From a virus (taxonomy: Duplodnaviria; Caudoviricetes): DNA of 64,000 nt. The stretch spans positions 1 to 64,000 of IMG/VR virus record IMGVR_UViG_2883187667_000001. The stretch is one strand, 5' to 3'. Below, piece by piece: positions 56,254 through 64,000 of the stretch (positions are counted from its first letter, which is position 1; each line of letters starts with the position of its first letter). Both the position numbers and the translations under genes were made by a program. Below the pieces are notes generated by a model. The model ran no database searches, had not been told where the DNA came from, and was given only the letters and a program-made list of their open reading frames with translations.

Positions 56254-56808
56254 ATGAATAAATACAAAACGATATCGATTGTGGTATTGTCCTTTATGCT
56301 GTTTGGCATGGCCATGGGGGTGAAGTCCGCATCGGCGGATGACGCCGTGCCGCCAGTGCTCGTAGGCTTCTCGCGCGGCGAACCGTCGGCCAAGGACATT
56401 GTGTTGCAGGCCATCGCCGACGCGCAGGTATCGATCTACATGGCCGCGTACCAGTTTACCCAGGACGATATTGTCGGGGCTTTGCTGGGAGCGCAAAAGC
56501 GCGGCGTCAAGATCGCGGTTGTGCTGGATAAAACCCAGGCGCATGGCGCCGTGCAAGCCGAGCTTGTGAGATCGGGCATCGGTTGCGCAATCGACCACCG
56601 GCATAAGATCATGCATCACAAGTTTCTCGTGGTGGACATGACATCCGTGGAAACCGGCAGCTTCAATTACTCCGAGTCCGCCGACAAGGCCAACGCCGAA
56701 AACGCGATCTATATTCGAGGCTCGCCCAGCCTCGCCGCGAAGTACAAAGCACAGTGGGAAGATGTGAACCGCAAGGCGCTGCTGTGCGGCGGAGTCCGCC
56801 CCATATAA
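56254..56808 (+). CDS. Phospholipase-D-family nuclease (Nuc-like) with signal peptide
   Basis: Single HxKxxxxD (HHKFLVVD) and ETGSFNY...NAEN; N-terminal signal. Confidence 0.88.
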   Translation: MNKYKTISIVVLSFMLFGMAMGVKSASADDAVPPVLVGFSRGEPSAKDIVLQAIADAQVSIYMAAYQFTQDDIVGALLGAQKRGVKIAVVLDKTQAHGAVQAELVRSGIGCAIDHRHKIMHHKFLVVDMTSVETGSFNYSESADKANAENAIYIRGSPSLAAKYKAQWEDVNRKALLCGGVRPI

Positions 56809-56811
56809 AAC

Positions 56812-56852
56812 CGGAAAACCAAGCAAAAACCACGCTACCATTGTTCAAAACT
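56812..56852 (+). promoter_or_regulatory. Late promoter motif (before tube operon)
   Basis: CGGAAAACCAAGCAAAAACCACGCTACC...CAAAACT. Confidence 0.7.
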
Positions 56853-56886
56853 AAGCCCTTACGCAGCATGCATAAGGGCTTTTGTT

Positions 56887-57390
56887 ATGGCGATTTCATT
56901 ATCCAGTTACATGAAGGGTTTCTTCGATCTAACCAAGGCGATCGGATTGAAGGCCATATCCAGCGATTTCGCGTTCGAGATCGCCGGTTTTGAGGGGACT
57001 TATTTGCTGGTGAAGCAAGCGCCGTGGCCGGAACTGACGCCACAGGGCGAGATCGAGGTTCCGACCGTTCTCGGGGGCATGGCCTATCAGCCGCAACAGG
57101 TGAAGTTTGCCGGACAAGGCCCAATCTCGATCATGGAAACGCGCGCCGGTTCCGTCAATCAGTTGCTGGTTGGTCTGATTACCAAAAACCAGGGTGTTTT
57201 CGACGCGAAGATCTACGAAGGCACGCCCATGAAGTACATCAAGGCGAAGTCGATTCGCGATTGTTTTATTCAGCTGGACGCCCCGGATCGTGACTGGGAG
57301 AACCGTTCGCAGGTGCTGACCTTTTCCGGAACGCTGTTCTTCCACTATTTCGGCGACGACATGGCCGGTAATTCGACAGATTACCGTTAA
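56887..57390 (+). CDS. Tail tube-like protein (P1 Tub/BplB-like)
   Basis: 167 aa, tube-type beta pattern, first gene after late promoter. Confidence 0.6.
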   Translation: MAISLSSYMKGFFDLTKAIGLKAISSDFAFEIAGFEGTYLLVKQAPWPELTPQGEIEVPTVLGGMAYQPQQVKFAGQGPISIMETRAGSVNQLLVGLITKNQGVFDAKIYEGTPMKYIKAKSIRDCFIQLDAPDRDWENRSQVLTFSGTLFFHYFGDDMAGNSTDYR

Positions 57391-57398
57391 CACGCGTC

Positions 57399-57773
57399 AT
57401 GGCTTCTATTTCCGCGCTGTCGGCTAGATTTTCCAAAGATGAGCGCCCTATCGGCATTGTTATCGACCCGGAAACGGTGCTGAGGCAAGCGCTGGCCGCG
57501 ACGCGCATGTATGCAGGGTATGGGGTGCTGGAATGTGGGAACACCGGCGCTGAAATTACCGCCGATACCGATCTGAGCGATTCGGAGTGGGCGGTAATTC
57601 GTCCGCTGTTCCTTCTGTACGTCGAGCGCGAGTGCGCCATCCATCAGGAAGCGTCAAGGGCGATGGGGCTGGAGACTTTTGGACGAATGTCGTCGGAAAT
57701 CTCCGGGGATATCGCCCTGGCCGAGCAGAATCTTCCTGGGCAGGCGTTCTGCTATACGGTCATCACGGTATGA
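57399..57773 (+). CDS. Phage structural hypothetical protein
   Basis: EWAVIRPLF.LYVE...EASRAMG motif; late operon. Confidence 0.6.
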   Translation: MASISALSARFSKDERPIGIVIDPETVLRQALAATRMYAGYGVLECGNTGAEITADTDLSDSEWAVIRPLFLLYVERECAIHQEASRAMGLETFGRMSSEISGDIALAEQNLPGQAFCYTVITV

Positions 57774-58666
57774 ATGTCACGCTGGAAAACGGCAAGCCTG
57801 TGCGCGGAGACCTGATCAAGTCGGTCATACTACGCTCGGACGCCACGCCGATACCATCCACCGTCGAAGCCGAGATTAGAGTAGACGCGGACATGCGCAG
57901 GCAGTTGGCGGAGGGGAAAAGATTTTATGCGGGCAAGGACGGCGACGCCTACCGCATCATAAACGACCCCTATTCGGCTGGCGGCTATTACCAGGGCGGT
58001 CACGACATGGGCGCGGTCAAGCTGATCGGCGTGCTGGATTGCTGCCACGCGGTTTCGTTTGTCCGTTCGACGGCGATCATCAAGGAACGCGCCACGCTAT
58101 CGCAAATCTACCGGGCCTGCGGCGCGACGATAAAGGCAGTTGACGCCGACTTTCCGGTGCCACGCTTCGTATGCCCAATAGGCCAACCGCCTACCTTCCC
58201 CATCGCGCTGGCCCTACAGGAAGCGGGCGGAATTGTGCGCTGGAAGAGCGGTAAGCTCCGGTATTTCCGGCTGGCGGACCTGTTTACCCAAAAGACGGTC
58301 ATGTCCATCAGAAGCGAGTCTGCGGAAGATGTTGGCAGCGGGTTTTCCGAGCGCCCCGAGATACCCTGTTTTTATTCTGTCGACGATGCGGGTCAAATTA
58401 TTTTCGGCAATAGGGACAAGGCTCGGACGGCGCGTTTCGTGCCGGGAAAAAATATCCAGCAACTGCGCAATATGACGCGCTGCTTGGTCAAAAGAAAAAT
58501 TGCCCAGGTAGGTTTCACCCCGGCGATTGCAGCGGGCGATTTAATCGACGTTGTGGGCGGCGCGCCGCTGGCGGTCGTGACCGCCGCCCATGTGTATCAG
58601 TCCGGCACGGATGGCAGCGGCAGCAATCAATACAGCAAATTGTGGTTATCGAGTCTGGAGGGGTAA
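57770..58666 (+). CDS. Putative baseplate hub protein
   Basis: Upstream of spike and PAAR; LRSD..PIP.TVE motif. Confidence 0.55.
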   Translation: MNVTLENGKPVRGDLIKSVILRSDATPIPSTVEAEIRVDADMRRQLAEGKRFYAGKDGDAYRIINDPYSAGGYYQGGHDMGAVKLIGVLDCCHAVSFVRSTAIIKERATLSQIYRACGATIKAVDADFPVPRFVCPIGQPPTFPIALALQEAGGIVRWKSGKLRYFRLADLFTQKTVMSIRSESAEDVGSGFSERPEIPCFYSVDDAGQIIFGNRDKARTARFVPGKNIQQLRNMTRCLVKRKIAQVGFTPAIAAGDLIDVVGGAPLAVVTAAHVYQSGTDGSGSNQYSKLWLSSLEG

Positions 58667-59185
58667 GTGGAAAAAGGAGCGCTCATTGGCCGGCAACCGG
58701 CAGTCGTGCACAGTTACGACCCGGATACCCGTACCTGTATGGTAAAGATACCCGGCATCAGCGATGGCGGCGATACGCCGCTGGAGGCTGAAATAGAATA
58801 TTCGCTGGGCGATAGATCGGCACAATCCGATGGTAAGATTGCAACCGAGGTCGAGATACTTTCCGGCGATACCGTATGGGTTGATTTCATCGGCGGCGAT
58901 TCGCGCTATCCGTTAATCACCGGCTACCGTAACCCGCGCGTCGGCAACGACAAGGAGACGCGGCGCTGGCATCACCTCAATATTGCTCTTGAAAGCGACA
59001 AGGATACGATCATCAAGGCGGGGGGCAATGTAACGGTGATCTGCGAAAAGGATGTGTCGGTGCAGGCCAAGGGTGATATCAAGGGCAGCGCGCAGGGGTC
59101 AATATCCTGGGAGGCGCGGGGCGATATGTCGTTAACGGCGGGCGGCGCGATGAAAATCAACGGCGAAACAGTGGACTTAGGGTAA
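58667..59185 (+). CDS. Baseplate spike (gp5/gpV OB-fold + beta-helix)
   Basis: V.IPG, GDTVWVDFIGGD.RYPLI.G, C-terminal beta repeats. Confidence 0.8.
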   Translation: MEKGALIGRQPAVVHSYDPDTRTCMVKIPGISDGGDTPLEAEIEYSLGDRSAQSDGKIATEVEILSGDTVWVDFIGGDSRYPLITGYRNPRVGNDKETRRWHHLNIALESDKDTIIKAGGNVTVICEKDVSVQAKGDIKGSAQGSISWEARGDMSLTAGGAMKINGETVDLG

Positions 59186-59448
59186 TGGCCGGTATAGCAC
59201 GCGTAAACGTGGACAGCGCCGGCGGTGTGATTACCGGGGCGCTGGCACCAAAGGTGCGAGTAAACGGCGCGCCGATCGCGGTTGTCGGGGCGACGGTTGC
59301 GCCGCACGGACAGTATCAGCATGCGGCGCCGGTTATGGTTCAAGGATCTTCCAAAGTCCGCGCGGGCGGACTGCCGGTATGCCGCGCCGGAGATGAGGCT
59401 AGCTGCGGGCATGTGGCATCCGGTTCGGATACAGTTTCAGCAGCATAG
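59185..59448 (+). CDS. PAAR-domain spike tip
   Basis: VNGAPIAVVG..V.PHG..H....GS..V..GG.PVCRAGD.ASCGH. Confidence 0.9.
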   Translation: MAGIARVNVDSAGGVITGALAPKVRVNGAPIAVVGATVAPHGQYQHAAPVMVQGSSKVRAGGLPVCRAGDEASCGHVASGSDTVSAA

Positions 59449-59458
59449 GGAAAAACAG

Positions 59459-59959
59459 ATGAGCATCCAACACTTATTTTCATTCGCGGACTTATCGGTA
59501 AAGGACAAGGCGGCAAAGGCCGCGATGAAGTATTTCTCGCGCGCCGGCGCCAATGTCGCGCAGCAGGACGTTGACGGCAAAATCAAGCGGACGTCAGGTA
59601 TCAACTACCGGGAAATGACTTTCACCTTCGATGATTCTCAAACTGTGGTAATGCGCATCAACGCGACGGGCGACGTATTCCAGGTACTCATCAACGGCGC
59701 GGTTACGCCGATCAAGAACCAAAGCGACCAGGTTGCGGCCATCGCCGAAATCGTGCAGAAGCTCAACGCCGGACGCATGAAGTTTCAGCAAAAGTTGGCC
59801 AAGGCGCAGGTGGCTATTCCGCCCGGCATCAAGACGGCGGCTCCGAGGATGCTGGAGGTACTCACGCAAAAGCGCGATGGGTTGAAATCCGCGATTCAGG
59901 CGGTCGTGGAGGAAATTGCCATCGTGACCGGATCGAACACACAAGCGGCGGGCGAATAG
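59459..59959 (+). CDS. hdf: Hdf-like (DarA-related) head protein
   Basis: F.DSQTV..RIN.TGDVFQV.ING...KFQQKL resembles P1 Hdf. Confidence 0.65.
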   Translation: MSIQHLFSFADLSVKDKAAKAAMKYFSRAGANVAQQDVDGKIKRTSGINYREMTFTFDDSQTVVMRINATGDVFQVLINGAVTPIKNQSDQVAAIAEIVQKLNAGRMKFQQKLAKAQVAIPPGIKTAAPRMLEVLTQKRDGLKSAIQAVVEEIAIVTGSNTQAAGE

Positions 59960-60022
59960 ACTTGCGGCAAATTCGACAGGTAAACTCATCGGCGCTTACC
60001 CGCCCGCACTGATAAACCTAAC

Positions 60023-60233
60023 CTAAATCCCAAGAAACGCCCTGATTTGCGCATCCAGCGCGTCGCGGTTTTTAAGCTGGCACTCCCAGATCACCAGCGC
60101 CTCCCAGCCCATCGTCTTCAGCGCGTCCAGCGCTCCGGCGTCGCGCGCCCGGTTTCGTGAGATTTTATTGGCCCAATAGTCGGCGTTTTCCTTGGGAGCG
60201 CGCGCGCCGCGTTTGCAGTCGTGCCCACGCCAA
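60023..60233 (-). pseudogene. vsr: Vsr endonuclease C-terminal remnant
   Basis: W.GHDC...PKEN..YW..KI.RN.ARD......L...GW..LVIWEC. Confidence 0.85.
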
Positions 60234-60458
60234 ATCAGCCGCGCTGGGCATGTCGGTCGCCGCGAGGGTTTTGACATCGGCGGTTTTAAGCGCGCCCGCG
60301 CCCCAATTCAGCTCATAGCTACGGCTTTTTTTATAATCGAAGTCGTTGGCGAAAAGACATGTCCACTCCGGCCCCAGGCCGGCCCGCGCCATGCCGCCAC
60401 CCGCGAAGAATTCATAAAACGTGTACTTTCCACGCCGTTTTGGTTGATAGCTGTTCAT
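60222..60458 (-). pseudogene. Cytosine methyltransferase N-terminal remnant
   Basis: FYEFFAGGG, FANDFD..K, ADV, DLAW; breaks just before the PC motif. Confidence 0.85.
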
Positions 60459-60549
60459 GGATTGTATGATAGCGGCAATGCGTTAAAGTGCAACCGCGCT
60501 GTAAGGTTTGAGAGTAATCTTTGACTAAGAACTAATCATACGCTTACCG

Positions 60550-60618
60550 TGGTGCAACCGGCTGAAATCGCCAGCGTATACTACGCGCTGGAGCGAGCTG
60601 CCTATCGTGCGGGGGTAG
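60550..60618 (+). pseudogene. UmuC C-terminal (DUF4113-like) remnant
   Basis: Translates to W..RLKSPAYTTRWSELPIVRG*. Confidence 0.7.
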
Positions 60619-60792
60619 CGGGCGGCGCGGCATACCCGGCCAGCCGTTCGCTCAGCGCAGAATAGACAGTCCGTACCAAATTGTCTTATGTTCGCGCTAT
60701 ATTGCGGTGGTTAAGCCAAACCGGCGGAATGTATCCAATTGAGTGACAAGCCGCTTCTGGCCTGTACCTTTAGAATGTTAGGTTGGGTGTTT

Positions 60793-61011
60793 TTACTGTT
60801 GCGACGTTGCCCATTCTTTTACAAAAGCGGTCATCTTTGCTCTTGCCTCTGAATCTGTTTGCCCAAATACCTCGCCAAACTCATGCGATATTCTCTGTCT
60901 CTCACCACCCTGCATCACATACAAAGCCTGGACTTTCGCGGCATATTTGAAATCGCCTATCGGCCGTATTTTTTTCGTTGTCAGATACAGGTCATTTTCA
61001 TCGATTTTCAT
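60793..61011 (-). CDS. Small hypothetical protein (possibly cassette-derived)
   Basis: 72-aa AT-rich ORF; GTCTAGGC upstream and ACCTAAC downstream on minus strand. Confidence 0.55.
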   Translation of the reverse strand: MKIDENDLYLTTKKIRPIGDFKYAAKVQALYVMQGGERQRISHEFGEVFGQTDSEARAKMTAFVKEWATSQQ

Positions 61012-61236
61012 ATTTTTACCTATTGCTATGCGGCCTAGACACCCAAAGTAAATTATGTAGTGATTTTACTATATAAAACCAGTATTTTTGATTGGATAAA
61101 ATGAGCCAAAATATCTCGTGGCTATCGTGGCTACTCAGGCACGGCGCTGCTTACAGCGCGTCTTTCACTCCCCAACAACGACTGGCTTAACCACTTGCGT
61201 CTGTCGGGTGACGGACGATTCCACCTCCCAACAAAC

Positions 61237-61278
61237 CGGAAAACACAGGAAAGCCTCCAGCCACTCAATTGACAAAAT
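61237..61278 (+). promoter_or_regulatory. Late promoter motif (before portal)
   Basis: CGGAAAAC...CAAAAT ending 41 nt later. Confidence 0.65.
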
Positions 61279-61305
61279 AGCGCATGACCAAACAAATGCG
61301 CGCAC

Positions 61306-62838
61306 ATGGCCGAAAACCTTAAAACCAAGCTGATGAGCTTCGGCATGTCGGCGCGCCGCTTTGCCGCGTCGTTTTTGTCTCCGGCAAAGGAAATCACACA
61401 GGCCGATACCTGGATGTATGGCGCAGGTGCAACGACGGTTGCATCCCTGCTTACTTCCGGCAAGCGTCAAGCCAGAACGCGTCAGGTCATCTACCAGAAG
61501 TGGAGCGAGATGGAGGGAGACCCGCTGGTATCTTCGGCGCTCAAGCTTCAGGTGACATCCGCGCTAGGCGGGCATGAGACCAGCGGCAACACCGTATTCA
61601 TCGAGAAAAACCCGAAAATCGGCGCGGACCAGCGCAAGGGGAAAATCGTCGAGGAAATTTCTAAGGATCTAACCCCGCTGCTGAACCGCATCGCCTTTAC
61701 CATGGCGTACACCGGAGCGGCCTTCGGCGATGCCTACGCACGCATCTACACGAACTCGAGCGGCGTCGTCGATATTTATACCGATGAAATGGTGCGCCCT
61801 CCCCTCGTCCAGCCGTTCGAGCGCGCCAGTAGGACAGTCGGGTTTGCGGTCTATGTCGGGGAGCGCAACTTCGAGCGCCTGGATATATCGCAACTGGCGC
61901 GCCTGAAAATGCCGCGCACTCAATGGGTGCCGCAGTACGGCGTGGTTGAAAAGTCCCTCCGGCTGGCGTTGACCGAGGACGATGTGGACAATCTGCCGGT
62001 CATGCCGTCTATGGTCGGCGGCTCCATGCTCTACAACGCAGAGCCCTCATACGACAACCTCATCGCCTCACTACTCGGGCTGGTTGGTCAGCGCTGGATT
62101 GATTCCATCGACGAGCAAATCCTGATGCCGAACCTGGAGTCCATGACGCGCGCCCAGCAAGAGCGCTTTGTTTCGTCGCTGAAATCAATGTTGCAAGCCT
62201 CCAAGGAGCGCGCGGAACGGGCGGTGCGCGATGGCATGCCGATCATGGAGCGCATCCGGCACATTATCCCGGTCTTCAACGAAAAACAGATGACCAGTCT
62301 GGCGCCGGCCAATGGCGGTGGCACAAACCGCACGGCCAGCATCAGCGTCGACGACGTATTGCTGCACGCCAAGATGATGGCCGGGGCGCTGGGAACCGAT
62401 CTCGCCATGCTGGGCTTTGCCGACCAGTTGTCTGGCGGGCTGGGCGAAGGCGGCTTTTTCCGCGTGTCCGCGCAGGCGGCTGAAAACGCGCGCACCATGC
62501 GCAACGCCCTGGCTGAACTCTACAACGGCATCATCGACATCCACACGCTGAAACGTTACGGCATGGTGTTTGGCGAGCATGAGCGCCCGTGGACCATCAA
62601 TTTTTACGGTTCCATATCGGCGCTGGCGGCTGAACAGCAAAAGACGCGTAGCGACGCGATGAACGCCGGCATGATGCTGGTGCAGACGATGCAGGGGTTT
62701 AAGGACATGGGCGCGGATCAGGAAATGATGGAGGCATTTCTGTCGAAAACGCTGCTGGTCGATGAAGATCTGGCAAAACAGTATTCGGCGATCGTCAAAG
62801 CGCCCAATGCAAATGAACCGCCAAACAATCAGGAATAG
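61306..62838 (+). CDS. Portal protein (P1 Prt-like)
   Basis: R..IY....EME.DP.VSSAL, FGDAYAR, LG.D..MLGFAD.LSGGLGEGGF.R.S.QAA. Confidence 0.8.
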   Translation: MAENLKTKLMSFGMSARRFAASFLSPAKEITQADTWMYGAGATTVASLLTSGKRQARTRQVIYQKWSEMEGDPLVSSALKLQVTSALGGHETSGNTVFIEKNPKIGADQRKGKIVEEISKDLTPLLNRIAFTMAYTGAAFGDAYARIYTNSSGVVDIYTDEMVRPPLVQPFERASRTVGFAVYVGERNFERLDISQLARLKMPRTQWVPQYGVVEKSLRLALTEDDVDNLPVMPSMVGGSMLYNAEPSYDNLIASLLGLVGQRWIDSIDEQILMPNLESMTRAQQERFVSSLKSMLQASKERAERAVRDGMPIMERIRHIIPVFNEKQMTSLAPANGGGTNRTASISVDDVLLHAKMMAGALGTDLAMLGFADQLSGGLGEGGFFRVSAQAAENARTMRNALAELYNGIIDIHTLKRYGMVFGEHERPWTINFYGSISALAAEQQKTRSDAMNAGMMLVQTMQGFKDMGADQEMMEAFLSKTLLVDEDLAKQYSAIVKAPNANEPPNNQE

Positions 62839-62853
62839 ATCCACGAGGTATTT

Positions 62854-63276
62854 ATGAATTGGAAAGCAGATATTGTCCGAGTAGTAACCGGCATTGAAGA
62901 ACTTGCATCCGCCCAGGATGAGGCCGCAATACGGGAATCAGAACGCCGCAAGGTGTTTAACGAGCAACGGGATCATGCGCTGTTCGTATTGCGCAACGGT
63001 GCGAACGAGTTTTGTCGTGAAGCCAGGGTGACGGGCATTGATGCCTTCGTTAAAACCGAAGAAGACGGATTTTCGGTAACTGCAAACATCCGAAATGCCA
63101 GCGTTAAACTATTCGTGCTGGGTCGTGCGTCAAGTCAGGACTGGCATGTATTTTACACGGCATCCATCAAGCCGCAGGCGGGCCGCAAAATTGATCTTCC
63201 AGCCACTTTTATTCAGGTGTTCGACGAAGTAACGATTCCCGAGTTGATGACGAAACTCCTGGATAAAACGCTGTAA
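62854..63276 (+). CDS. Hypothetical protein
   Basis: GAGG RBS, in late operon. Confidence 0.6.
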   Translation: MNWKADIVRVVTGIEELASAQDEAAIRESERRKVFNEQRDHALFVLRNGANEFCREARVTGIDAFVKTEEDGFSVTANIRNASVKLFVLGRASSQDWHVFYTASIKPQAGRKIDLPATFIQVFDEVTIPELMTKLLDKTL

Positions 63277-63281
63277 CGATC

Positions 63282-64000
63282 ATGAGCCTTTTTAACGAAA
63301 TTGCATCGTCGCTGGCCCAGAGTACCGGCATCGGCGGCGCGCTATCGAGTCTTAACGCGCAGATTAACGCATTTACCGGCATGAATCCCGCCACTGCTGC
63401 GATGGCCGCGCAAGCGCGCGGCATGGCATCTACCGCGGTGGCGCAGTTGGCGAACAAATACACGCCGGCAGTGGTGAAGCGCATGGATGCGACAATGGGG
63501 GCAAGCGGTTACGGCGGATTGCTGGGCGGCGGGACCAATTCAGGCAATGTGCTGGATGCGATGGGCGTCACCACCTATTCAGCCGTAAACGGACTATCGT
63601 CCGTGAACAGCCAAGCACCTGGGGCTATCAGCATTCGGGGTTTTGACGGCAACCCCAACCCGCTATTCGGCGGCATCAGCATGGCCGAAGCCCGGCAAAT
63701 TTACCAGGAAGCGCAGTCAACCCGGTTCGCCAAGAAAAACCTGTTCCTGATTGACGTGTCCAGCAGGCTCAAGGGCAGTATTTCCAACTTCAACCTGTTC
63801 GTTACCGACATCGAATACGCGCCGTTCACCATCACCGGGGAAAAACGCCGGGTGGGATCGTCGGTGCTGGACAGCGTGCAATCGGGCGAACCGGTCGAGC
63901 TGCGCATTACCACGATGGACGATCAGGCGGGGACGCTGAAAAACTGGTTTCAGGCGCACTGCATGGCCGCTGTTGCGCTGGACGGAACCGTGGGGCTGCC
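63282..64000 (+). CDS. Tail/baseplate structural protein, truncated by window end
   Basis: Open frame MSLFNEIASSLAQ...FNLFVTDIEYAP...ELRITTMDD to end of window. Confidence 0.7.
   Translation, partial: MSLFNEIASSLAQSTGIGGALSSLNAQINAFTGMNPATAAMAAQARGMASTAVAQLANKYTPAVVKRMDATMGASGYGGLLGGGTNSGNVLDAMGVTTYSAVNGLSSVNSQAPGAISIRGFDGNPNPLFGGISMAEARQIYQEAQSTRFAKKNLFLIDVSSRLKGSISNFNLFVTDIEYAPFTITGEKRRVGSSVLDSVQSGEPVELRITTMDDQAGTLKNWFQAHCMAAVALDGTVGL

Larger units (their letters stand above)
1..64000. mobile_element. Integrated temperate prophage (lambdoid early region + P1-like myovirus late region), incomplete at right edge
   Basis: Integrase at left edge, cI/cro switch, recombination and replication genes, terminase, portal, capsid, sheath, lysozyme; no host housekeeping genes seen. 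Confidence 0.95.

Noticed and set aside
60596-60605. AGCTGCCTAT 10-mer shared with the CRISPR repeat
   Set aside because: No GGCAG arm or handle; lies inside the umuC remnant, likely chance

Overview
The whole window is one integrated temperate prophage, cut off at the right edge; attL would lie left of base 1. The left third (1-~23 kb) is a lambdoid early region. It holds an integrase, RecT plus a Cas4-like exonuclease, a pL/cI/cro/cII immunity region with 17-bp operators and a boxA, a split two-frame cytosine methyltransferase, RusA, a c4-antisense-RNA-controlled Rha gene, and a DUF1376 initiator plus DnaC-like loader with iterons. The rest is a phage P1-like contractile-tail virion module (PacA/PacB, Pro, DarA/DarB/Ulx/Hdf, capsid, sheath, tube, spike/PAAR, portal), whose operons share a repeated CGGAAA(A)C late-promoter motif. 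Main accessory finds: (1) an integrase-less run of integron gene cassettes (attC sites) next to a Shedu nuclease. One cassette carries a two-gene module, a 2TM-Macro-domain protein plus an HxGH nucleotidyltransferase, that looks like an undescribed second-messenger defence system. (2) A solitary type I-F CRISPR repeat in the pL leader (candidate RNA anti-CRISPR) next to a very acidic small protein. (3) A nucleotidyltransferase plus unknown partner in the rexAB position. Several deletion scars (dcm-vsr, immA-antirepressor, umuC and IS3 fragments) show cargo turnover. All family assignments come from motif recognition by eye, not from database searches.
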